This document shows, piece by piece, positions 1-13,266 of a stretch of 64,000 nucleotides of DNA. The stretch is taken from the NCBI GenBank assembly GCA_051362555.1, contig CM120648.1:17976587-18040586 (forward strand), written 5' to 3'. Each line of letters begins with the position of its first letter. The stretch's first letter is position 1. Origin of the DNA: Lingula anatina. Its lineage: Eukaryota > Animalia > Brachiopoda. The notes beneath the pieces are model-generated. The model ran no database searches. It was not told where the DNA came from and worked only from the letters and a program-made list of their open reading frames with translations. Made by a program: the position numbers and the translations under genes.

Positions 1-69
1 TGTTTGTGTGTGTGTGTGTACTGTGTACCTTGATAACTCAAGCTGTCTCATCTATGTCTTCCAGGTCAA

Positions 70-100
<31 letters not shown>

Positions 101-227
101 ATACTGTGTACCTTGATAACTCTAGCTGTCTCCTCCATGTCTCCCAGGTCAATGTGTGTGTGTGTGTGTGTGTGTGTACTGTGTACCTTGATAACTCAAG
201 CTGTCTCATCTATGTCTTCCAGGTCAA

Positions 228-258
<31 letters not shown>

Positions 259-465
259 GTGTATACTGTGTACCTTGATAACTCTAGCTGTCTCCTCCAT
301 GTCTCCCAGGTCAATGTGTGTGTGTGTGTGTGTGTGTACTGTGTACCTTGATAACTCTAGCTGTCTCCTCCTTAATTTGTCTCCCAGGTCAATGTGTGTG
401 TGTGTGTGTGTGTGTACTGTGTACCTTGATAACTCTAGCTGTCTCCTCCTTAATTTGTCTCCCAG

Positions 466-498
<33 letters not shown>

Positions 499-546
499 CT
501 GTGTACCTTGATAATCCTAGCTGTCTCTTCCATATATGTCTCCCAG

Positions 547-594
<48 letters not shown>

Positions 595-636
595 ACTGTG
601 TACCTTGATAACTCTAGCTGTCTCCTCCATGTCTCT
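1..636. repeat. Composite minisatellite: ~52-bp unique unit plus variable (TG)n, 8 copies visible, running off the window start
   Basis: Unit actgtgtaccttgataactctagctgtctcctccatgtctcccaggtcaa+(tg)n recurs near 20, 103, 178, 265, 338, 416, 498 and 595. The last copy is the real 3' end of HSD11B1L exon 3. Confidence 0.95.
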
Positions 637-705
637 CAGATCAGCTACTGTGTACACATGGTTAGACTCAGGTGCCGGAGATAACTTGTTACACTCTGCG
701 ATGAC
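604..705 (-). CDS. HSD11B1L: HSD11B1L-like SDR, coding exon 3 (VIAECNKLSPAPESNHVYTVADLRDMEETARVIK); gene continues left of the window
   Basis: Minus strand ttcag|GTC...AAG|gtacac, 102 bp, phase 0/0, in frame with exon 2; resembles the segment that follows TARR in the 11beta-HSD1 family. Confidence 0.8.
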
Positions 706-1012
706 CTGAAGCCGTTATTATGGAAAAAATGCAACAGACACTCAACTGTTCAAATTGCAATACCAATAAGTAAATTACAGAGCAGCTTTTGTAAAGGAAA
801 ATAAAATTGTTAATTTTTTTTAAACAATGTTTATTCGAAAGAAATGGAGGCAAAGCGCTAAAAGCATTAGATTCAAAGATTTCAGTATTGGAACAATACA
901 AAATCCAATGCAAAATCGTTAATAAAGCATATTTTCTAAGATACGAAGTTCAAAGCTGTTATTTGAAGGTTGACCTTCCCTCACTTCTCTTAATTTATTA
1001 CCGGTAACTGAC

Positions 1013-1143
1013 CTTTTTTAGGAGGTTTTCTCTGCGCGCCGTCAAAACAAGGTTTGCTCCCTTCTTGGCGAAATGGTACGCCACCTGTTCTCCAATTCCA
1101 GAGGACGCCCCGGTAATGAGCACTCTCTTGCCTCTCACCATGG
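1013..1143 (-). CDS. HSD11B1L: HSD11B1L-like SDR, coding exon 2 (AMVRGKRVLITGASSGIGEQVAYHFAKKGANLVLTARRENLLKK)
   Basis: Rossmann TGxxxGxG motif and TARR NADP-type motif; cacag| acceptor and |gtcagt donor; 131 bp, phase 1 to 0. Confidence 0.92.
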
Positions 1144-2896
1144 CTGTGATAAAACCGATATGCTTATATCAGCCTATTATCATTTTGATTTCTGTTACAA
1201 ATCTGGTAATTAAATATCGCACCGGTAGGCCTGTTTTTAATCCATATGTAATGACAAATATGTGGCTTTATCTTAAGCAGACAACGTACCGTATAGCTAA
1301 AAAAAACACGACTATTGGTACGCGTATGATCGATAACTGATTTAATTCTCGTAAGATTACCATCCGCCCCCTTCCTTATGAATAGGTATTACTTTATTAA
1401 TACAATGAAACCGTCGTGTAGCCGCATGTTAGAAGACAATGTTTGATTACGCACAGCAGTAGGAGGCCGCTACCCCTTCCCAGCAAGGAGTCAACACAGC
1501 AGCGCGTAACCCGGGGTTAATTAGGGGTTATTAGCTGTCCACTTATGATCGGTATTGTTCGTCTTGATTGCAGCACACTTCCTACTCACTATTGGTTCGA
1601 CCGCCTCTTCTTTAAATGCTCTCTCAAACCTTTCCTCAGTCAGCCGAGAATGGAAACACGTTTATCTGCCGAAAAACTACGTCGTTGATGTATTATTCGG
1701 CATCATTCTACAGTGGGTCATAAGGCTCTATCTATCATTTTTTTCGTCTCGCATTTTACCAGATTAAGCTGACGCTCGAAAACTAAATTTAATGAATAAT
1801 TTTCTCACTTGCACCGTATCCAGCTAATTTTACGACAATAACTACACGGCACCTCCGCCATTTGCAATTGTAGACGAACCACGTGTTTCCAACTGATAGG
1901 CCAATACAACTTTACCAGACCCATTGTACGAGAAAAGACCGTTTATATTTAATGAATTAAAAAACATTTGAGGATTGCGATTTTCTATTGATATACTATC
2001 GATGGTATCCCTGTATTAAATCATCCACTGCTACCCCCTCTTTTGTAGTGTAGCATGACTCGTATCACAAGATGGCCTTAGAAATGAAGTAAGACAGGCC
2101 TACACTCTGATAGTTTTTAGTCTATTATTAACCCTAATGTCGTTGCTTGTCATTCATTCTAGAACTCTCTGAGCCATCGCAAAATTATTTGCCAGGACAT
2201 TTAAAGGCTACTTCTTAACGGATTTTTTTTTTTATTTGCACTGAGTCCAAAATGTTCGAGGACGTCTCTGTCGTTATCGCCGTTTCTCGGACGCAGTCCC
2301 AGACAAAGGATCGGAAAGTTTCTAAATAAAAGAACTTATAAATGCTGCCACTAGCCATCCTTATTGTTCCTAAGTAAAGAGAGGCGATAATGATCTTTTC
2401 TTTCTTCTAGCTTAGTCTGTCGACTAAAATGAACAAGGTTAGGCCTACAATGCAACCACCTATTATTACGACCATTAATGAGGTTCTTTGCTACACTCCC
2501 TTTCTTCATGATCGCGAAACCAGTGGGGTGCTGTGTTTTAAATATATAAAAAAGGGTCTCGCGAGGCGAAGCTATAATAATGAAATAAAAAAATCCAATG
2601 AATAGGCCTATCTAATAAACCATGAAGCACGTAGTCTAGGCCTCTTCTTTGACCGACATCACATTTTTACATTCTTTGTTTTAATAAGAGGACGAACGTG
2701 GTCTAATTTGTCTTTTGGTGGTGTGTGATTTTGCTCGAAGTAGCGGAGTCAAGTAAATCGGTGATTTACCGTTGGTAAGAGTAGCGATCATCGCTCCTGC
2801 GTCCTCATAGATTACTTTCTAATCACCCGTAATTAACGCAGTCAGGAATAAGCGCTCAAATAGGGGTTTTTGTATCAGGGAAAATTTTAGTATTAA

Positions 2897-5800
2897 CCCT
2901 TACGAAAATTTCCTATAGGATCCTATAGGATTCCTATAGGATCCTATAGGGTCCTATAGGAAATCTTATAGGATCCTATAGGGCACATTTCCTATAGGAT
3001 TTCCTATAGGATCCTATAGGAAATTGTTGTAAGTTAAAATCTTGAGAAAAATGCATATCTTATAAACATATATCATTCTAAACAATAGATATTTGATATA
3101 GGTCCATTTTATCAGTTGAATTGTCAATTATATATCACTATTAAAGCAAAAATGCTTTTTATTGTTTATAATGCACAATCTTATAGTCTTCTATAGGATT
3201 CTATAGAAATTCTTTAATTTCTTTTTTAAAGAATTTTTGAAAAAAATTGATCATTTTAAAGTAATCTTTTATAGAGAAATATTTTATCATTAGAAATGTT
3301 TTTGTACCAAATCATTGAAGCTGATTTTTTTAAATTCATGTTCAGACCATTACAAAAATCTTATAGGAATTTCTATAGGAACCTATAGGAAATCCTATGC
3401 TAATATAATTCATTTAGGGAATTTTTATAAGCCAGGTTGAATGAAAAATAATGAATCTGGTTTAAATATTAGTATATGATTTTGATTTTTAATTTATGTT
3501 CAGACCATTACAAAAATTCCTATTGGATCCTATAGGAAATCTTATAGGAAATCAACTCAGGCCTGTAGCCAGGGGGGGGTTCGGGGGGTTCGAAAGAACC
3601 GCCCCTTATGCTGGAAAAAGGTCCACTCTGGGTAAAATTTGATCCAGGTACATGACATTTTTATGGGAAAAGGTCCACTTTTTCAGAAAAAGAACCCCCC
3701 TTTTGAAATTGCTGGCTACGGGCCTGCAACTGATGTTAGCTAGAGAATGCCCTACTCCACCAACCATAACCATAGATTCAACAACTGTGAATTTCTTTTG
3801 TTAGCTTGGCACCTATTATTAGGTCACTACTCCTGTAGCTATTGTTACACTAGTAACAGTAACCGCCTATTAGGTGTTATCAGATGTGTGGTATCCTGTC
3901 TAAGTCTTTGTTTATATGAGACAAGCAGCAAATGAGTGTACAGCTATCAAGCCAGTTTAAATTCAGGAGCATAGTGGAAGGGTACAGAGTGTAGAAAAAT
4001 CGATTGAGGAAGGTATGTATAGCAGTAATGCATTGGATCATTTGGGCATTTAATCAAATTGAAAATGAGATGATTGATCTAATTTGTAGTGTACCTTGTA
4101 AACATCATATCTATATTACATTAAACAAGTTATAATTTATAAAATATAGCTTCCCTTTTAGCCAACAAAGAAATACTGTTTATTCTCTTTATTTCTTATA
4201 AAACTGTGATCAATTGCTCATCAAAATATTTCTATAAATGCAGTTGAATCTAAAAAAAAAATTACATTTCATATAACTTTTGGTTTGTGATTTATTAAAA
4301 ATTATCTATTAATGTTATCCACAACTGCCTCAAAGGAACCATCATGATATATAACTGAGAAAGACCTATGCTAATAAATAACATACAATTAACATGTTAG
4401 AGAGGCTGTCAGGGCAAATTTCATTACCTCACATGTTCTTCAGGATTGTTTATTTGCCAAGTTTTCTTTTCATTTAATTTCTTTTCAACCATAAATGTGA
4501 GGTAAACACCATAGTTTGTTTAAAAATATTTTTTGCTTACCTATACATATTGGAAATGAAATGTGCATTGTGAAAATCTGACCATTTTGCTTACACGGAA
4601 GCTATAAATTTTAACTTGGAGTTGCTTTTTTTGTGGTTTGGACTGATGATTTAAGTCAAGCAAAGACTGGTCAGAATATAGGGAATTACTGTTTACCCTC
4701 GGAAATTAGTTTTCCATGAGTTTTTGAGACTTGGCCCTGGCCCTTGGCCCTGACAGCTCTGTAATGGCCCAATTGCATATTTAACCAGAGTAGAGTTTTC
4801 TCCACTGCTGATTTCTGCATTTTAAAATTCGTTTCTGATTGTTCCTGTGGGCTTGGTTCTATGAAATATGTTCAAGTTCTTAAAAATTTTTTTTTACAAA
4901 TTATCCAGCTTTAATACCTTGTCTTTGAAAAAAACAGTTAACTAATAAAGGCTATGAAATGCTCAAAATAAAATTGGTGCAATGATTATTATTGATCTCA
5001 TTAGAAAATTTTTCCTTCATCATTTTGCATTTTTGTAGACATGTACAATTAATTGAAATTCACAATGTTTTTCTTTTAGATTGTGTCTGCAAATGGTTCA
5101 ACACAACTTAGACGGAGTTTAAGAAGACTATCACAGTAAAGTTGACCAATGTGCAAAAGACTTTTGTCTAAAATTCTTCAATTATTAAGTGACTAAAGCA
5201 GTATGCTGACAATGTACACAATCTGGCCAAGGGAGGTTTTAGCCACTCATTCTGGCAGGAGTTCGAACGCACACAAGAAAAAGACAGTGATGCCACAGCT
5301 TGACAAGACATATTTGATCCTTGTGATAACTTATAGAACTTATAATTCAAAAGCAGTAGCAGCATCGTTAAATTTGCAAAAATCTATGAAACAATTCTCT
5401 AGTAAGCTGGTTGCATAGCATACTGTGGAATATGTACATTTATACATTTTTATATATTGAATAAAGAATGTAAACATGATACTCTCTTTTGTTTTGAGGG
5501 ACCAGTGCCTATAACCAATTTTGCCTAAGTTCCAACAATATATAAAAAGCTGTAAAAATATTCAAAACAGTTAATATAAATTTCTATAGGTTCCTATAAG
5601 ATTTCCTATAGGATCCTATAGGAAATTGGGCCAATTTCCTATAGGAACCTATAGGAAATTCTATAGGATCCTATAGGAAATCTTATAGGATCCTATAGGA
5701 AATTGGGCCAATTTCCTATAGGAACCTATAGGAAATTCTATAGGATCCTATAGGATATTCTATAGGATCCTATAGGAAATTGGGCCAATTTCCTATAGGA

Positions 5801-5953
5801 ACCTATAGGAAATTCTATAGGATCCTATAGGATATTCTATAGGATCCTATAGGAAATTGGGCCAATTTCCTATAGGAACCTATAGGAAATTCTATAGGAT
5901 CCTATAGGAAATTTCCTACTGTATAGGAATCCTATAGGAAATTTTCGTAAGGG
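2897..5953 (+). mobile_element. Non-autonomous DNA transposon with CCCTTACGAAAATTTCC TIRs and palindromic CCTATAGG subterminal arrays (CMC/EnSpm-like), copy A
   Basis: cccttacgaaaatttcctatagga at 2897 and its reverse complement ending 5953; many CCTATAGG repeats at both ends; the family shows 2-bp TSDs (see 50875 and the 5954/13267 junctions). Confidence 0.85.
3558..3726. mobile_element. 169-bp MITE (CAGGCCYGTAGCCAG TIR, 5-bp TSD caact) nested in copy A
   Basis: caact|caggcctgtagccag...ctggctacgggcctg|caact; the empty site is seen in copy B near 13445. Confidence 0.85.
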
Positions 5954-7618
5954 TTGTTTGCTTTGAGACAAGCAGCAAATGAGTATACAGCTATCAAGAC
6001 AGTTTAAATTCAGGAGCATAGTGGAAGGGTACAGAGTGTAGAAAAATCGGATTGAGGAAGGTATGTATTACAGTAATGCATTGGATCATCTAATCAAATT
6101 GAAAATGAGATAATTAATTGATCTAATTTGTAGTGTACCTTGTAAACATTATATATATATATATTACATTAAACAAGTTATATATTATAATGAAGAAAAA
6201 AGGATACATAATGCAATCATTGTTTAGTCTCTTTATTTCTTATAGGATAAAAACTGTGATCAATTGTTCATATTTCTTTAAATGCAGTTGAATCTAAAAA
6301 AAAAAAGACATTTCATTTAACTTTTGGTTTGTGATTTATTAAAAATTATCTATTTAATGTTATCCACAACTGCCTCCAAGGGACCATCATGATATATAAC
6401 TGAGGAAGACCCATGCTAATAAATAACATACAATTAACATGTTAGAGGGGCTGTCAGGGCAAATTTCATTACCTCACACGTTCTTCAGGATCGTTTATTT
6501 GCCAAGTTTTCTTTCCCTTTAATTTCTTTCAACCCTTAATGTGAAGTAAACACCACAGTTTGTTTAAAAATATTTTTTGCTAACCTTTACATAACGGAAA
6601 TGAAATGTGCATTGTGAAAATCTGACCATTTTGCTTACACAAAAGCTATAAATTTTAACTTGGGGATTGCTTTTTTGTGGTTTGGACTGATGATTTAGGT
6701 CAAGCAAAGACTGGTGAGAATAGGGAATTACTGTTTACCCTCGGAAATGAGTTTTCTTATAGTTTTTGGGACTTTTTTGGCCCTGGCAGCTCTGTAATGG
6801 CCCAATTGCATATTTAACCAGAGTAGAGTTTTCTCCAATGCAAATTTCTGCATTTTAAAATGCGTTTCTGATTGTTCCTGTGGACTTGGTCCTATGAAAT
6901 ATGTTCATGTTTTTTATATATATATATATAAATTTTTTTTTACAAATTATCCAGCTTTAATACCTTGTCTTTGAAAAAAATTCAGTAAACTAATAAAGGC
7001 TATGAATTGCTCAAAATAGAATTGGTGCAATGATTATTATTGATCTCATTAGAAAAATTTTCCTTCATCATTTTGCATTTTTGTAGATATGTACAATTAA
7101 TTGAAATTCACAATGTCTATCTTTCAGAATACATCTGCAAATGGTTCAACACAACTCAGGCAGAGGTTAAGAAGGCCATCACAGTAAAGTTGAACAATGT
7201 GCAAAAGACTTATCACAGTAAAGTTGAACAATGTGCAAAAGACTTTTGTCTGAAATTCTTCAATTATTAAGTGACTAAAGCAGTATGCTGACAATGGACA
7301 TGGTCTGGCCAAGGGAGGTTTTAGCCACTCATTCTGGCAGGAGTTCAAACTCACACAAGAAACAGACAGTGACGCCACAGCTTGACAAGACATATTGGAT
7401 ACTTGTGATATCTTATAGAACTTATAATTAAAAAGCAGTAGCAACACCATTAAATTTGCAAAAATCTATAAAACAGTTCTCTAGTAGGCTGGTTGCATAC
7501 CATACTGTGGAATATGTACATACATTTATACATATCGAATAAAGAATGTAAACATGATATTCTCTTTTGTTTTGAGGGACCAGTGCCTATTACCAATTTT
7601 GCCAAAGATCCAACAATA
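5954..7618 (+). mobile_element. Internal segment of copy B of the CCCTTACG element (diverged duplicate of ~3907-5540)
   Basis: Collinear similarity to 3907-5540 throughout. Confidence 0.9.
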
Positions 7619-10600
7619 CAGTCATAAGATTATGTATGTGTGCATTTATTCCATCTAACGTAAGAAGATTAGATACAATTATAACGTCAGAAAATACAAT
7701 AGAGGGAGTGTGATAATGATAGGGTCGCTAAACGAATTTGACGGAATATAGTGACTAGCCTAATCCTCTTGTCGCCTGGTTAGGCACGCCCCCTTAGAGT
7801 ACTTATGTAAACAAAATGTCTTCCATAGAGAACTATCCTTTTGTTCAACAGCTTCGGGCGTGCAGCGGATTATGTATATAGTGACGCTATACAGCTAACT
7901 GCAGTTAAATCTGTGAAAGCTGTTATTTAATTTATTCTGCTGTGTCGGACGTTGTGGGCCAGCCCAATGGTTCATTCACTCATTCTTTTCTGAAGATTGG
8001 TGATGCATATTTTGAATGCTTAATTATTTGCCCTCCTTCTTACAAGAGAAAGGAAAAGGGGAGAGAAACAGAGACAGTGTCAAATAAAAAGGGTAAAGAG
8101 TAATATAATACATTAATTAAAGGGACTCGCGGTAGGAGAAACGATAGACTGTTTTGCATCAAGGTATGCAATTATAATCCCACATGGCCATCGCATATAC
8201 GGCCGTAGTTTAAATACATTACTCATAGTTGTATTAAATTACATTATTTTGTTGAATAGACATACATTTTAAAGTTGGTCTTTCAGGAAATCGTTTTGTT
8301 TGAAATAACACAAACGACAGAGGTGAAATCACATATAAATTTATTCTGAAATAAAATGTTTCGCTAGATCGTGTTTACACTCAGCGAAATGCACATAGTG
8401 ATTATATTCAATGTGCCACCATTTAATTGCTTTCTCGGTTTAATTAATTGACGATAATAATTGCAGTAAGCAGGAAGGAGGAAATGCTGAAGACAAAACA
8501 ACGCCGTGGGTATGTGTGACTTTCTCCCTTAACATTTTCTATGATGCTGTCAAAGGAAAAATAACCGAGATAGCGATCATTTAAACCGCTGCTGTTTACA
8601 GGTGGACTTCTTCGTTTATCATTTAAATGCCCCCTCCCCCAGCAGACCCAACTTGAGGAATGCCATTGTAGCTACAGTACACTGTATATCAAACTCCGGT
8701 CCAAGTTATGAACTTTTTTAAATATCGATTACAACATGCTGTACAATGACTGAGTCGTGAAAGGGGTATTGGACTTCTTTACGTTAAAAACAAATTCATT
8801 TCGAAATCAAAAGAGGATTTTTTTTTTGGGGGGGGAGGGGGGGCGTGGGGGGAGGTAAATAGTAACTCATTCCGTAATCCTTATTGGACATTTATTTAAT
8901 CGTATCAAAACGTTTGATATACAATGTTCACTAGTGTCATGATTTTGGCGATTTATTAAAACCATATTTGTACAAAATAGGTTAGCATAAGTTAGGCAAA
9001 AACCAGTGTGAAGAACAACTCCCTTTTTAAGTGAGGCAAGACAACCTATTCAAACTGATTATAACCTTGATAAAGACACAAGGCAAAGGAGTTATGTAAA
9101 CTAGCGTGTGAAAACACATTCTTTGTCACTGTTACAAGACAATGGAGGCGACCAAGTGGAGTAATTACAATATACCCTTGTACAGTCAAAGAGAAATTAG
9201 TTATGCCAGCTTACTTCGGGTCAGCCCTTAATTTGCTTGTTCGAAAGAAAGAGATAGATGTCGCAACGCGAATCCTTTTATTAACCCTTCATGGGTTTGT
9301 GTAAAAGTGTGAAAGACAGCTAGGCAACGATCTCGAGTCGCTGTTGATATTGTTCGCAATTAATATTGGAGTATACCGCCTACATGTAAACATCAGACAA
9401 GGCGTTGAGATCGATAAAAGTGGAGGTTTATCTGAAAAATTAGATGCCATTTTTGTGAAATGACTTATTAAATGATGTGCATGTACCTAACATGTTTAAA
9501 TTCTTGATTCTTATTATTTGAAACATCTTCATACACGGCCTCATATTTATATTTCTCTCAGGCCATACTCATTTGCTTGTATAACATGGGACTCTAAAGC
9601 ACAGGGCATTGTGAAAGTTAATTGGCTACAGAGACTTGTTATCCTTCATGTATTTATATAGCGTGGATGAACTAGAAACATGCTTTACTTAGCTTTACTT
9701 AAATTGACTTGATGTTAACCTAACACTGGTTTTAAAAGAAGAAATATTAATATGTTCGATGGATTAAATCACCGACACCGTTCTATTTTAACTTGGTCAA
9801 ATACACAGTAACACAGATAATATTTATAAGTTGTCTGTCGTTCAGCACGCATTATAGGCGAGTAGCCAAACAGTGACGATGATCAATCCAAGTAAAATTT
9901 AGGCATGTGTTGTTTACAAAATGGATCATGATGAATAAACCTACGCTTTAATAAACAATCACCACACGGTTCTGTTTTTGTCACTTAAAAGCTTTCGTTT
10001 AAAGACGCTCAATGATATCAAAAATCATTCGACCCTGTAAAAATGGACCGGTTCAAGGGGCATTTTTTGTTTCAGCTAGGGGGATTTCAGGAAGAGGATT
10101 CAGTGTAGGTGTTTCCTCGGATGATAGCAGCATCACACCCTAGGTCTAAGCCAGTTGACTAGAAGCTTTTTGTCCAACCATCCTATTCCTACTACTAAAC
10201 TTATAACTCTAAACCACAAAGGTTTATGCGGTAAAAATATTTAAACTAAATGAGGTGTATTGACAGAGGCACAAGTACAATCCAACGCCAACGTGCAACA
10301 GGGGAAAGTCTGTCAGTGTATTACATAATATATGAAAGTGCGGTCAATATTAACAGTGTAAGACATCAGTTAAAGAGGAGGGGGTCTTACTATCTTTTGT
10401 TAAACGCGACTGTTATTATCTCTCGAACAAGCTTAAACCATGCCTTATACAATTACTGTGTCTCTGGCTGTGCAGAAACGGCATGTCGAACATATTTTGC
10501 TACAGTTACAAACAGGGCAAACTAGCGACTTGTTCTAGATCGCTCTAGTAAGAAAGCATAAGTGCGGCGCCCGGGCAAAACAATCAACTACCCGGTATAA

Positions 10601-11974
10601 CATTCATATCTTAGCGTTTACATATGACGCGCAAAGAGCTAAGTACATATGACGCGCAATGAGCTAAGCAATTAGCCTTAACAAAGTGGTCCGTTTTAAA
10701 ACAACAACGAGAAAAAAGAACGCCTTGTCATAGTTATGAGACAAATCGCTTGCAACGTGCAACAAGGGGGATGGCTGACACTGTGGTCACACTACATGTT
10801 TATGTACGTTGAATTAACAGTCTTAGACATCGCCCAAAGAGGCAGGACTTACTATAGCCCTCAATCTATTGTTAAACGCGATCATTATCTGTTCTCATGC
10901 AACCTTAAACAAAACCTAAGCAATAAGATTGTTAAATCAGATAAGTGATGTAAAATCATATAGGAAATTTACGTTAACGACGGAGACTTTCATTCGCAAA
11001 GTTAATGAAACAAGACTGGTCCAAGTTAACTGCCCATATTGAATAAATCTTAGGCTGATAAACCTATAGCCCTGCTTTACCTTGGTAATAGTTAATTAGT
11101 AAGCTAGGTTTATTACATCACTTATGCTGCAAACAACCCATTTTGAACGCAATCGTCATCGCTCCAGAACAACCTGAAATCATGCCTATACAATATTAGG
11201 AGATGCACGTCGAGTAAAAGATTCAACACCTGGGTGCCCAGCACTATTATGAAAAGGAAAAATGACTTGATGTTTCATGCACAATCATCATCGAAAGCCT
11301 AATATCATTATGCTTCGTGCGCAGTCGATTTTTATCAGAATAAAAAGTGTGTTTTATACAAGCAAAATCTAACTTTCCTTTATAACTGTTACTGAACAGC
11401 GAAGAGTTACATACACCCGGTTATAATTTACAAATGTAATTATGAGGCTAATTTCTCTAATGTGGAATGAAATATTTTGTTGGCTTTCAAATGATAGGAC
11501 ACTCACTTTAATCTTAAAAGAAATTAGTTTATATGCTCGTTCCCCTAACGCGCGTGCAAAAAAGTCCCATCAAATAAACAGATACATATCTGTCTATACT
11601 GGCAACTAGTGAAAATCTATCTGTGGCCCTGATAATGGGTAGACTTCACAGCGATTATTAAATCAAAATTTATTTATGAAATTATTTAAAATAATTTATC
11701 TTTTATTTAATGATTTATACCATCTAATTTCTATCTATCTTTTTTATTTGATTCTTAATGTCATCTTATTATTTACTTTATTCTTTAAATAATTTATTTA
11801 TTTATCAAGCCCGTAGCCAGCAATTTCAAAGGGGGGGGGATCCTTTTCTGACAAAGTGGACCTTTTACCGGAAAATCTCCATGTAATTATGTCAAATTTT
11901 ACCCAGAGTGGACTTTTTTTCAGCAAAAGGGGGGTCTTTCGAACCTCCCGAACTCCCCCTGGCTGCGGGCCTGT

Positions 11975-12013
<39 letters not shown>

Positions 12014-12766
12014 TTAAGACTTTCTATTATTATCCTTTGACGGATTCGCTCTCTTATTTTATATAAAATGTAACTTAATGTAGTAATTGAGGCAACACGT
12101 CAGCTTGTAATGTGAAAAAATTGTTTTAATAATGTTTCTTTCTTTGTTATTTCTAAACAGTTATCTATTTTTACACAGGAAGCGATGATGGAAATTTGTG
12201 TACGGAGCATCTTTAAACTTTTTGAGACGGGGTGATTTGTTGATCATGCTGATGTACGTTGCTGATACATGTATATCAAATTCAATTTTTGACCACAGAA
12301 CACTTCATATTGAATAAAATAACTGATACTAAATTAAACTAGCAGTTTTCTTGCAACAATTAATTAATACATGATCTGCTGCGCGTGCCAAGCTAGTGAA
12401 CAAAAGGATAGGTGGCCACGGGAGTGGCACGCGTTAGCATGGGTTCTAGCATCTTAAAGCTATAATCTTATCGCCGCAACAAACAATAGGCACCTTCTGG
12501 CTGATGTATCCTGCTGTTAATTACACCTGGTCACAGCGGATTGTCCCGCTCGCGCTGGACCACAGAAACAGGCGTCATGGGGTTCACTCGCCTAAGGTAT
12601 TGTGTGTTATTACGTCTAAACTATTGTGTTTTGGCGTTCGAATTTTGAAGGGATTAGACGGCTCTCCATTGTTTGTCCGCCGACTTCTATTCATAGGATA
12701 GGGATTAAAACGTTTCTGACGTTTTTAAAACGTCGTACAACGGAAACTTAATTTTTATTACTACTG
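7619..12766. mobile_element. 5.1-kb insertion with CAGT...ACTG ends and TA TSD inside copy B
   Basis: Copy A has the empty site caacaaTAtataaaaagc; here it reads caacaaTA|cagt...actg|TAtataaaaagc. The terminal ~550 bp is homologous (inverted) to 63382-63900. Confidence 0.8.
11806..11973. mobile_element. Second copy (inverted) of the 169-bp MITE, TSD tttat
   Basis: tttat|caagcccgtagccag...ctggctgcgggcctg|tttat; internal sequence is the reverse complement of 3558-3726. Confidence 0.85.
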
Positions 12767-13266
12767 TATATAAAAAGCTGTAAAAATATTCAAAGCAGTT
12801 AATATGAATTTCTATAGGTTCCTATAAGATTTCCTATAGGATCCTATAGGATTTCCTATAAGATTTCCTATAGGATCCTATAAGATTTCCTATAGGATCC
12901 TATAAGATTTCCTATAGGATCCTATAGGATCCTATAAGATTTCCTATAGGATTTCCTATAGGATCCTATAAGATTTCCTATAGGATCCTATAGGAATTCC
13001 TATAGGATCCTATAAGATTTCCTATAGGATCCTATAGGATTTCCTATAGGATCCTATAAGATTTCCTATAGGATCCTATAAGATTTCCTATAGGATCCTA
13101 TAGGATTTCCTATAGGATCCTATAGGAAAAAGGGACAATTTCCTATAGGATCCTATAGGAATTCCTATAGGATCCTATAGGATATCCTATAGGAAATCTT
13201 ATAGGATCCTATAGGAAATCTTATAGGAAATCCTATAGGAAATCCTATAGGAAATTTTCGTAAGGG
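12767..13266 (+). mobile_element. Right end of copy B (CCTATAGG array and TIR)
   Basis: Matches 5539-5953 in direct orientation and ends ggaaattttcgtaaggg. Confidence 0.9.

Noticed and set aside
1-636. CRISPR-like repeat/spacer appearance
   Set aside because: The spacers are only (TG)n, the context is eukaryotic and there are no cas genes.
8-684. Cys/Val-rich plus-strand ORFs
   Set aside because: They are translations of (TG)n repeats; the real coding exon is on the minus strand.
1555-1861. Possible minus-strand zinc-finger or transposon ORF (MAEVPCSYC...)
   Set aside because: Multiple stops and no family could be recognised.
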